The position numbers and the translations under genes are program-made. From positions 163,884-227,883 of the forward strand of contig CASFSS010000018.1 of NCBI GenBank assembly GCA_949297445.1: a stretch of DNA of 64,000 nt, written 5' to 3'. Below are positions 28,714 to 36,969 of this stretch, in pieces. The stretch is from an uncultured bacterium (lineage in GTDB: Bacteria; Bacillota_I; Bacilli_A; RFN20; CAG-826). The stretch's first letter is position 1, and each line of letters begins with the position of its first letter. Under the pieces are notes generated by a model. That model searched no databases and was not told where the DNA came from. It saw nothing but the letters and a program-made list of their open reading frames with translations.

Positions 28714-30405
28714 ATGCCATACGCTTTAGAAAGTCGTAAAAATGATTGCCGCAACTGTTATAAATGTATTCGCGGTTGTCCAGTAAAATCGATATCATTT
28801 GGTGATAACAATCAAGCATCTATTATTCATGATGATTGCATTTTATGTGGTCATTGTTTTCTACTTTGTCCACAAGAATGTAAAGAAATTCGTGACGATA
28901 TTTCTAAAGCGAAAGCTCTTATTAAAAGCGGCAAAAAAGTTATTGTATCGCTCGCGCCAAGCTATGTTTCTGGCTACATTAATTGCTCTTTTGAAAACAT
29001 AAAAAAATCATTGCTTCAATTGGGCTTTTATGATGTCGAAGAAACAGCCATTGGCGCGACGATTGTCAAACAAATTTATGATGAAATGGTGGCAAAGGGT
29101 GATCGTGATGTTATTATTTCCACATGCTGCCATAGTGTAAATCTTTTGGTACAAAAGCATTATCCCGATTTGATACCTTGCTTAGCGGATGTTTTATCCC
29201 CTATGCTCGCTCATGCTCGTGATATTAAACTTCGCTACCCGGATTCATACGTCGTATTTATCGGACCTTGCATTGCTAAAAAAGACGAAGCTGACCAAGA
29301 CAAAAATCATTATGTCGATTGTGTCTTAACATACTTAGAACTTGATCGTTGGTTAAAAGAAGACGATATCGTTTTAGAAGAAGACGGCGGAACCAAAATG
29401 CTTGAAAAATCTAAAGCGCGCCTTTTTCCAACGACAGGTGGAATTTTAAACACAATGGAAAAGAATAGTCCCGACTATCAATATTTAGCTGTCGATGGGA
29501 CATTTAATGTCATGGCAGCTTTAGAAGATATTCGAGAAGGCAAGGTTCATAAATGTTTCATCGAAATGTCATCCTGCCCCGGCTCATGTATCAATGGTCC
29601 GGCAGTGGCCACAAGTGCTCGCTCGTTGCTAGCGGGTTATATAAAGGTACACAATGCTTCTGGAAAGCAAGATTTTTCCGTAACAAGCACAAAATATGAT
29701 GATATTGCGGTGAAATTTAGATCAACAGGCGTCTCGAAAGCGCGCCCAAGCGACCTTGACATTCAAAAAGAATTAGTCGATATGGGCAAATATACTAAAA
29801 AGGATGAACTTAATTGTGGTTCTTGTGGATATGACACATGTCGCGAAAAGGCAATTGCCATTTTGGAAGGCAAAGCCATCAAGGAAATGTGTCTACCATT
29901 CTTGATGCAAAAGGCACAAAGTTTCTCCGATAAAGTTATTTTTAATACCCCAAATGGTTTGATGGCTCTTGATGAGAATTTAAATATTCAATTAATTAAT
30001 CCGGCAATGCGACAAATTGTTGGCGTTGCCCATGCTCGTGAGGTAATTGGCAAGAATGTTTCGACCATTCTAGACCCTTCAATTTTTGCCATGGCTCTTA
30101 CAGGCGAAAAAATTCACGCTCGCCGTGATTATTTAAGTGAATACGATAAATACGTCGAAGAAACCGTTGTTTTTGACGAAAAATATCGCGTCTTAATTTC
30201 GATTTTTAGAGACGTAACTCAAGAGCAAAAGAAAATTTTGAAAAAAGAAGAAACGGTCAATAAATCAGTTGATATTACCAATGCTGTTATTGAAAAAAAT
30301 ATGCGTGTCGTTCAGGAAATAGCCTCGTTATTAGGCGAAAGTGCCGCCGAAACAAAAATCGCTCTTTCTTCACTCAAGGATACACTAAAAAATGATGGTG
30401 AGTAA
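28714..30405 (+). CDS. hydS: Putative sensory [FeFe]-hydrogenase with C-terminal PAS domain (HydS / HfsB-like, group C)
   Basis: Two N-terminal 4Fe-4S motifs (CRNCYKCIRGCP, CILCGHCFLLCP). H-cluster motifs are STCCHS (L1 variant), IGPCIAKKDE (L2) and EMSSCPGSCINGP (L3 with Met replaced by Ser, no GGGQP). An extra CGSCGYDTC motif and a PAS-like C-terminal ~130 aa follow. Confidence 0.8.
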   Translation: MPYALESRKNDCRNCYKCIRGCPVKSISFGDNNQASIIHDDCILCGHCFLLCPQECKEIRDDISKAKALIKSGKKVIVSLAPSYVSGYINCSFENIKKSLLQLGFYDVEETAIGATIVKQIYDEMVAKGDRDVIISTCCHSVNLLVQKHYPDLIPCLADVLSPMLAHARDIKLRYPDSYVVFIGPCIAKKDEADQDKNHYVDCVLTYLELDRWLKEDDIVLEEDGGTKMLEKSKARLFPTTGGILNTMEKNSPDYQYLAVDGTFNVMAALEDIREGKVHKCFIEMSSCPGSCINGPAVATSARSLLAGYIKVHNASGKQDFSVTSTKYDDIAVKFRSTGVSKARPSDLDIQKELVDMGKYTKKDELNCGSCGYDTCREKAIAILEGKAIKEMCLPFLMQKAQSFSDKVIFNTPNGLMALDENLNIQLINPAMRQIVGVAHAREVIGKNVSTILDPSIFAMALTGEKIHARRDYLSEYDKYVEETVVFDEKYRVLISIFRDVTQEQKKILKKEETVNKSVDITNAVIEKNMRVVQEIASLLGESAAETKIALSSLKDTLKNDGE

Positions 30406-31573
30406 TCTTATCACGGAAGTTGGCTATCTATCAATCAATCACGACGGTGAAGAACTTTGTGGTGATCATGTTCAACTAATAAACAATAAACAATCGCGGA
30501 CAACCACTCTCGTTTTAGCCGACGGGTTAGGTAGCGGAGTCAAAGCAAATATTTTGAGTACTTTGACGAGCGAAATTCTTTCGACGATGATTGCGAACAA
30601 TTTGCCAATCGATGAGTGTGTTAAAACAATCATGGAAACGTTACCAGTTTGTAAAGTTCGTGGCGTTGCTTATTCCACTTTCACCATTATTCATATATTA
30701 GATTCGCGACAAGCAATAATTTATAATTACGATAATCCACAACCATTTTTAATTAGAAATGGTAAATATCGTCCTCTTGACTGGAGTTCACAAATCATCG
30801 ATGAAAAAACCATCTCTTTTGCCTCTATTTATTTAGTTGAGGGAGACACTTTCTTCTTAATGTCCGATGGCGTCATTCACGCCGGCATTGGAGCGACTTT
30901 GAATTTTGGTTGGGATATTATGAGTGTGATTGACTATGCCGAAGGGCTATTCGACGAAAAATATTCAGCCAAATCGCTCGCGACTTATTTAATTAGTCAC
31001 GTAAATGATTTATACAATGGTCATCCTGGGGATGATGCGACTGTGGCCGCCATCAAAATTCGTCCGCGCAAGCAGGTAAATTTAATGATTGGTCCAGCCT
31101 CGAACCGCGAAGATGATGAAAAAATGCTCTCGCTATTTTTCGCTAAAGAAGGCAAACACATCGTTTGCGGTGGCACTACTTCTCATGTGGTTGCCAATTA
31201 CTTAAAAAAAGAACTCGAATTCCCCCTTGATTATATTGATAAAGAAATACCGCCGACGGCCAAAATTGAGGGTGTGGATTTAGTGACAGAAGGTGTCATC
31301 ACAATCAATAAAGTTTTGCAATACGCCGACAATGTATTCAAGGACAATAGTGATTATTTTACTTGGTCGTTTAAGCAGGATGGAGCCTCACAAATTGCTC
31401 GCCTTTTATTTGAAGAAGCCACCGACATTAACTTTTTTGTCGGTTGTGCGATTAACCCTGCCCACCAACAAGATGGCATTCCAATCAATTTCAATACAAA
31501 AATGCAATTGGTGGATGAATTATCTAAAGCCTTAAAAAAGATGAACAAAAGCATTAAAGTAAGTTATTTTTAA
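30392..31573 (+). CDS. PP2C/SpoIIE-type serine phosphatase with uncharacterised C-terminal domain (HfsC-like)
   Basis: LVLADGLGSGVKANILS and FLMSDGV are PP2C metal-binding Asp motifs. Start overlaps the hydS stop, and the C-terminal ~160 aa has no recognisable motif. Confidence 0.7.
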   Translation: MMVSNLITEVGYLSINHDGEELCGDHVQLINNKQSRTTTLVLADGLGSGVKANILSTLTSEILSTMIANNLPIDECVKTIMETLPVCKVRGVAYSTFTIIHILDSRQAIIYNYDNPQPFLIRNGKYRPLDWSSQIIDEKTISFASIYLVEGDTFFLMSDGVIHAGIGATLNFGWDIMSVIDYAEGLFDEKYSAKSLATYLISHVNDLYNGHPGDDATVAAIKIRPRKQVNLMIGPASNREDDEKMLSLFFAKEGKHIVCGGTTSHVVANYLKKELEFPLDYIDKEIPPTAKIEGVDLVTEGVITINKVLQYADNVFKDNSDYFTWSFKQDGASQIARLLFEEATDINFFVGCAINPAHQQDGIPINFNTKMQLVDELSKALKKMNKSIKVSYF

Positions 31574-31586
31574 TGGAGACAAATTT

Positions 31587-33047
31587 ATGGTAAGCGAAGA
31601 AATTAAAGCAAAATTTGACACGCGTGTACAAGAATTAAAATATCGCGTGCTAAAAGAGGTTGCCCGCTCGTATTTTAATGGTACTTTAATTCAAGATTAT
31701 TCAACTATTCCTGAAAAAATCTCCCCCGGTCCGAAAGCGACGATGCGTTGCTGCATCTATAAAGAGCGCGCCATCGTTTTAGAAAGAATGAAATTAGCTA
31801 CCGGTGGCGATCGAACAAGAAATAATGTCGTACAGGTTTTAAAAATAGCTTGTGATGAATGCCCGTTAGGTGGTTATGAGGTAACTCGCAACTGTCGTGG
31901 TTGTATCGCCCATCGCTGCGAAAAAGCATGCTTTAAAAAAGCCATTACTTTTGATCCGGTTACTCACGCGGCTATCATTGACAAAACAAAATGTGTAAAT
32001 TGCGGGATGTGCGCTAAAGCGTGCCAATATAATGCAATCAATAATTATCGACGTCCTTGCGAAGTTGCCTGCAAGATGAACGCCATTAGTCACGATGAAA
32101 ATTTCGCGGCAGAAATTGATGACGAAAAGTGCATTCAATGTGGACAATGTGTCTATCAATGTCCATTTGGAGCAATTATGGATGTTTCTTATATTACCGA
32201 TGTTATTGACATGCTTAAAGACAGCGATTTTTCAAAAAAATATCATGTTTATGCCGTCATCGCCCCTTCCATTTCTTCACAGTTTAAATATGCGACGCTT
32301 GGTCAAATTATCAAAGCGATTGAAGTGTTAGGTTTTCATAATGTAGTCGAAGCCGCTTTAGGCGCCGATATGGTCGCTTATAAGGAAGCCAAAGAGCTGT
32401 CGGAAAAAGGTTTCTTATTATCGAGTTGTTGTCCGTCTTTTGTATCTTTTGTTGAGAAAAAATTTCCTAAGTTAAAAGAAAGCATTTCAGAGAATTTATC
32501 GCCGATGGCGACAATTGCTCAATATATTAAATCCGTTGACCCAACTGCTAAAGTTGTTTTTATTGGTCCTTGTGTAGCTAAAAAACAAGAGATCAAACGT
32601 CCGAAAGTTGGCGAATATATTGATAGTGTTTTGACCTTTGAGGAATTACAAGCCTTGATTGATGCTAGAGAAATCGATGCCTCTAAATTAGAAGAGTCTA
32701 GTTTGGATAACGCTTCATATTTTGGTCGCATTTTCGCTAGAAGTGGTGGCTTGCATGACGCCGTTAATGAAGCACTTAAAGAACAACATCTTGACTTTAA
32801 TTTGAATGCCGGTGTCGGCGACGGTTTTGACTTATGTCGTCAATTATTATTAAAATGCAATACAGACACTAAACCATTTAATTTTATCGAGGGTATGATT
32901 TGTAGTAACGGCTGCATTGGTGGCCCATGCTGCTTGACGCATGAAGTACGCGATAAAAGTGAAGTGGATAAATATGGCAACGAAGCCAAAGAAAAGACCA
33001 TCGAAGACGCTATCAAATATGTCTATAACGTCACTTCCACTCATTGA
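31587..33047 (+). CDS. hydA: [FeFe]-hydrogenase catalytic subunit (monomeric, ferredoxin-domain N-terminus)
   Basis: H-cluster motifs SSCCPSF (L1), IGPCVAKKQE (L2) and EGMICSNGCIGGPCC (L3). N-terminal Cys clusters are CVNCGMCAKAC and CIQCGQCVYQCP plus extra Cys. Confidence 0.85.
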   Translation: MVSEEIKAKFDTRVQELKYRVLKEVARSYFNGTLIQDYSTIPEKISPGPKATMRCCIYKERAIVLERMKLATGGDRTRNNVVQVLKIACDECPLGGYEVTRNCRGCIAHRCEKACFKKAITFDPVTHAAIIDKTKCVNCGMCAKACQYNAINNYRRPCEVACKMNAISHDENFAAEIDDEKCIQCGQCVYQCPFGAIMDVSYITDVIDMLKDSDFSKKYHVYAVIAPSISSQFKYATLGQIIKAIEVLGFHNVVEAALGADMVAYKEAKELSEKGFLLSSCCPSFVSFVEKKFPKLKESISENLSPMATIAQYIKSVDPTAKVVFIGPCVAKKQEIKRPKVGEYIDSVLTFEELQALIDAREIDASKLEESSLDNASYFGRIFARSGGLHDAVNEALKEQHLDFNLNAGVGDGFDLCRQLLLKCNTDTKPFNFIEGMICSNGCIGGPCCLTHEVRDKSEVDKYGNEAKEKTIEDAIKYVYNVTSTH

Positions 33048-34204
33048 TTTAAGTAATAAAAGTATAAATACATTTTTTGATATCTAGAGAAAGATTCTAT
33101 TGTATAGTTGATTGTTCCATCAGGATTTTCGCTCGCGCTAATATCGATATTATCTTGATACGAAGAGGTGCCATCATTACCAAAAACATACAAATATAGA
33201 TTGTTGAAAAAATTGCCCACTCGCTCGAATAAATTGTGTGACTCCCAAAAATAATAGCGATAGGCATTGTCTTTTATTATTTTAGGATTTAAGTTTGCGA
33301 CAAACTCTTGATAACATTCATAACCGCCATACGCTAAAGGGAAAATATTTAGACTACTAAAAGTCCACATGAAAGCGGAATATTTTAAAAATGGATCATC
33401 GCTATTTAATAAAACATAAAATGCCAACAAATTGGCATCTTCTTCGCGCATCACCCCTTTTATATGCGCGATTTCGTGGGCGGCCACAAAAGGAAGTTCG
33501 CTTGATGTCATTTTATAATTTAAATTTGCCTCCGATAGTGGAGCAAAAGAAACGCCGGTGATTCCTAATTCTACATAAAGGTATTGAAGTAAGAAAAACT
33601 TTTTAGTGTTCGGCGTGAACTCGCTAAAATAGTCGGAATCTAATTTCGCATATTCTTCTTTTAAGACGGCATTTAATTCATCTAAGGAATAAGGAGCAAT
33701 TAAAGCACCCGAGTCTTCATCAAATGTCAATTGTTCAGCTGTCTTATTGTATTCATCTAAAAAATAGTTCGCGATATCCATGTATTCATTTTCTGAAACC
33801 GTTCCTTCATATGAAGGAATATCTAATGGATAACGGTTATATTGCATACCAGCCGTCATCGCGTATAATAGGCTCGTAATTGCAACAAAATAAGCTGGTA
33901 TGAGCCAAAATTTAGAAGAAAATCTGAGACCTACTTTATACAAGTGTCTTATAAGAAACACGAGCCAAACGATAACGCCAATTACTAAAAGGTATATTAC
34001 AATTTCGAAAATAGAAAAAGGCAAGGCGGAGGTTAGAGTGCCAATAGCTACTTGATAATATCTAGCAACTGTTCTTGACCAATATTCAGCGATGGTAGAG
34101 TTGTATTTTAAACAAGAAACAACTATTAAAATAGCGATTAAAAAAATTAATATGCTTAACGCTACCCAAAAATGCTTTTTATATCTCACCATTTTTAATT
34201 TCAA
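33041..34204 (-). CDS. DUF3810-like membrane protein with HExxH zinc-metalloprotease motif
   Basis: N-terminal TM helices followed by an extracellular domain carrying VAAHEIAHIKG. Its stop codon overlaps the hydA stop, so the two genes converge by 7 nt. Confidence 0.55.
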   Translation of the reverse strand: MKLKMVRYKKHFWVALSILIFLIAILIVVSCLKYNSTIAEYWSRTVARYYQVAIGTLTSALPFSIFEIVIYLLVIGVIVWLVFLIRHLYKVGLRFSSKFWLIPAYFVAITSLLYAMTAGMQYNRYPLDIPSYEGTVSENEYMDIANYFLDEYNKTAEQLTFDEDSGALIAPYSLDELNAVLKEEYAKLDSDYFSEFTPNTKKFFLLQYLYVELGITGVSFAPLSEANLNYKMTSSELPFVAAHEIAHIKGVMREEDANLLAFYVLLNSDDPFLKYSAFMWTFSSLNIFPLAYGGYECYQEFVANLNPKIIKDNAYRYYFWESHNLFERVGNFFNNLYLYVFGNDGTSSYQDNIDISASENPDGTINYTIESFSRYQKMYLYFYYLNQ

Positions 34205-35246
34205 CTTTTAATTCTGGGTAGCGACTTTTTAAATCGAGAATTGTATCTACTAAAGTTTCTTCTAACGGGCGCGGAGAGTAATTTAAATCTTCCTCGGCCT
34301 TTTTGATGGAAAAATTAGAATTGCTTTTTACGGCCAATAATGCGTTTTTTGTATATAAAACTTTCATGCCCTTTATATGACAATACCATTCATATAAAGG
34401 GGTGACAAGCGATACAAACCAATATGGTAACGTAAAGCGCATTTTCTTTTTATTTGTCAAGGCAGCTACCTCATTAATTAAAGCGGTTATTTTTCTTTGG
34501 TGACCGGCGATAATATAATTCTCACCTTGCTTGCCTTGATAAGAAGCACTTATTAAAGCGTTTGCTACATCGCGTACGTCCACCAAATCATATGCACCAT
34601 TGACGCTAGCAGGCAGTTTGCCTTGTAAAAACATTAAAATCATCGACGTCATTAAGCCATTCATATAATCGCGCGGACCTATTATTGCACTAGGATGAAT
34701 AACCGAACAATTTAATCCCTTCTCACTCAAATCTAAAACATAAGAAGTTGCTTCGCTTTTTGTGATTGCATAAAGCCCCGTTTTGTCATCGCTAACAAAA
34801 TTTTTTGTTTCGTAAACAATCTCTTTTTTTGGTGTATTTTTGAAGACATTAGTAGTCGAAACATAAACAAAATGATCGACATGTCTAGCTAAAGAAACAT
34901 CGGCGATATTTTTCGTTCCTTTGACATTGACGTCATAAACCATTTGGTTGAATTTTTTCTCAACCGTCACTATTCCAGCACAATGAATAACTTTTTGAAT
35001 TGTCTTTAGTGTCGCCTTTAGCGATAAGAATGTTTCACAATCTTCTTTTTTTCGAATATCGCCTTCAAAGATGGTTATTTTTTCTTTTACGTCATAAAAA
35101 TGAGTAAGGAAACGATCGTTTTTAATTGCAAAAATGACCACTTCTTTTTTTCGACTTAATAACTCTTTTACCACATTATAGCCGACCCATCCGGTCGCGC
35201 CTGTTACATAAAATACTTCTTCATCCATATTTAAATGATAATTCAT
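34179..35246 (-). CDS. NAD-dependent epimerase/dehydratase (SDR family)
   Basis: Rossmann motif VTGATGWVG near the N-terminus. The start could equally be the ATG at 35228. Confidence 0.8.
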   Translation of the reverse strand: MNYHLNMDEEVFYVTGATGWVGYNVVKELLSRKKEVVIFAIKNDRFLTHFYDVKEKITIFEGDIRKKEDCETFLSLKATLKTIQKVIHCAGIVTVEKKFNQMVYDVNVKGTKNIADVSLARHVDHFVYVSTTNVFKNTPKKEIVYETKNFVSDDKTGLYAITKSEATSYVLDLSEKGLNCSVIHPSAIIGPRDYMNGLMTSMILMFLQGKLPASVNGAYDLVDVRDVANALISASYQGKQGENYIIAGHQRKITALINEVAALTNKKKMRFTLPYWFVSLVTPLYEWYCHIKGMKVLYTKNALLAVKSNSNFSIKKAEEDLNYSPRPLEETLVDTILDLKSRYPELKVEIKNGEI

Positions 35247-35293
35247 ACCTCACTTTTTATAAAACATATTTATTAAATAAGGATCAATGACTA

Positions 35294-35331
35294 TTGACAA
35301 ACCAATGCGGGGGGGGGGGGTATCACTATAG
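35294..35331 (+). promoter_or_regulatory. Candidate promoter: -35 TTGACA and -10-like TATCAC/TATAGC separated by an over-long spacer containing the G12 tract
   Basis: TTGACA at 35294-35299, the G-run at 35309-35320, and TATCACTATAGC at 35321-35332. The spacer is 21 nt with G12 and would be 17 nt with G8. Confidence 0.35.
35309..35320. repeat. Homopolymeric G12 (C12) tract in an intergenic region
   Basis: gcGGGGGGGGGGGGta read directly. It is unique in this ~33% GC window. Confidence 0.9.
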
Positions 35332-35376
35332 CGGCTTCCCTAATCTTTGGTGAAACAATACATAAAGTAGAAAAAA

Positions 35377-35952
35377 ATGTCTGATTTAAAATGCGCCAAA
35401 TGTGGCAAAAATTTAAACCAATCCACCTGGCATCCTTTTGGTGAGTATACCCTCTGTTCAGATTGTTATTTAGAAATCTTGAAAGACGATAAAAGTGAAT
35501 TGGTCAAAAAGCAATGGATTCCGATTGTTATGTATGGAATTCCTAATATTTTATGTTTAGTGGGATTTATAATTAATATCTTGTACTCGAATGGGCTAAT
35601 TGAAATGTCAGAGCCTTTGTCTGTCTTGTTTTCCGTTGTAATGTTTATTGGTGGTTTATATGGCCTTGTTTCCGCTGGTATAATTGTTGCTAAAAAAAGA
35701 ACTTTTTTGAAAATTGGTAGCCCCGAAGCGACCCAAATTAATGTAGATGATTATGGTGATACTGTTTATGCTTCTTCTTCGCCTGCCTATTCAAGATCAC
35801 AGACGGCAAAAATATTTATAAATATTTTCCTTTACTTAGCGATATTTGGTTATGTAATTTTCTTTGGAATTACATTTTATTTAATTCATTTAATAAAAAT
35901 TTTAATTAAACAAATTCGTATCTCGAAATTCATTAAACAATACATCGATTAA
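35377..35952 (+). CDS. Zinc-ribbon-containing membrane protein, hypothetical
   Basis: N-terminal CAKCG...CSDC zinc ribbon followed by four predicted TM helices. The RBS is weak. Confidence 0.5.
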   Translation: MSDLKCAKCGKNLNQSTWHPFGEYTLCSDCYLEILKDDKSELVKKQWIPIVMYGIPNILCLVGFIINILYSNGLIEMSEPLSVLFSVVMFIGGLYGLVSAGIIVAKKRTFLKIGSPEATQINVDDYGDTVYASSSPAYSRSQTAKIFINIFLYLAIFGYVIFFGITFYLIHLIKILIKQIRISKFIKQYID

Positions 35953-35999
35953 AAAATAAAAAATTTTTAAATTTTTAGTGTTTGTGCTATCTTTTAAGC

Positions 36000-36947
36000 A
36001 TGTGCATAAAACTTCCGACCAGTATTGGCAAATATTTGATGGACCAAGGCGACAAAAAGTTTCTTCGTCAAACGCAAAAATTTGGCACATACAATACTTT
36101 TAAGAATGTCACCTATTTTGGCAATGATATTTATTCCCGTTCAAATTTATTAGATGTGTATATGCCTGTTAATGATAAAAACAGCTATACGATTATTAAT
36201 GTTCATGGTGGTGGCTACTTTCAAGGCGATAAAGACTATAGCGAAGTTTATTGCTCTTATTTTGTCAGCAAAGGTTTTACTGTCATAAACATTAATTACT
36301 CTTTGATTAATAACAAAGAAAATATTGATATTCGCAAACAAATTTTTGATATCGTGATGGCTTTTAATTTTATCTATGATAGAAGAATCGAATACGATAT
36401 CGATTTAAACAATGTATTTTTGATGGGAGATTCTGCCGGAGGACATTTGGCAATTTTAGCCTCTTTAGTGCTCGAAGATGAAGAACTTCAAAAATATTAT
36501 AATATTCCTTTTGTTACTCCTTTAAGGTTCCGGGCGATTGAGACATCATCGCCGATGTATGATTATGTTGAATTATGCAAAAAAGCAAAAAAATATTTTT
36601 ATCCCTGCGGAGTAGCCGCCTTATTTTCTAAGCATTATAAAGATGTTGATTTTTTAAACAAGAATTCTTTGAAAACATATGTAGAAAATACCGCTTACTC
36701 TTTCCCTCCTATCTTTTTGCTCACTTGCGAAAATGATTTTTTCAAAGAAGAATCCATTAAATTTTATTTAGCGTTAAAGAAAAGAAACGCCCAATACATC
36801 TATTATTTTGAAAATTCAGCTAATAAATATGTCGGGCATATTTTTAACCATTTTAATTTTGATAAAAAAGAAACCAACGAAGCGAACGATAAAATTATTG
36901 CTTTCTTTGAAAGCCACGCTATAAAAGGGTTAAAGAAAAAAATATAA
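36000..36947 (+). CDS. Alpha/beta-hydrolase fold esterase/lipase (HGGG / GDSAGG type)
   Basis: Oxyanion-hole HGGGY and nucleophile elbow GDSAGGH are present. The start is uncertain between TTG 35982, ATG 36000 and ATG 36057. Confidence 0.7.
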   Translation: MCIKLPTSIGKYLMDQGDKKFLRQTQKFGTYNTFKNVTYFGNDIYSRSNLLDVYMPVNDKNSYTIINVHGGGYFQGDKDYSEVYCSYFVSKGFTVININYSLINNKENIDIRKQIFDIVMAFNFIYDRRIEYDIDLNNVFLMGDSAGGHLAILASLVLEDEELQKYYNIPFVTPLRFRAIETSSPMYDYVELCKKAKKYFYPCGVAALFSKHYKDVDFLNKNSLKTYVENTAYSFPPIFLLTCENDFFKEESIKFYLALKKRNAQYIYYFENSANKYVGHIFNHFNFDKKETNEANDKIIAFFESHAIKGLKKKI

Positions 36948-36969
36948 TTTATGTATATAATGTTTAGAT

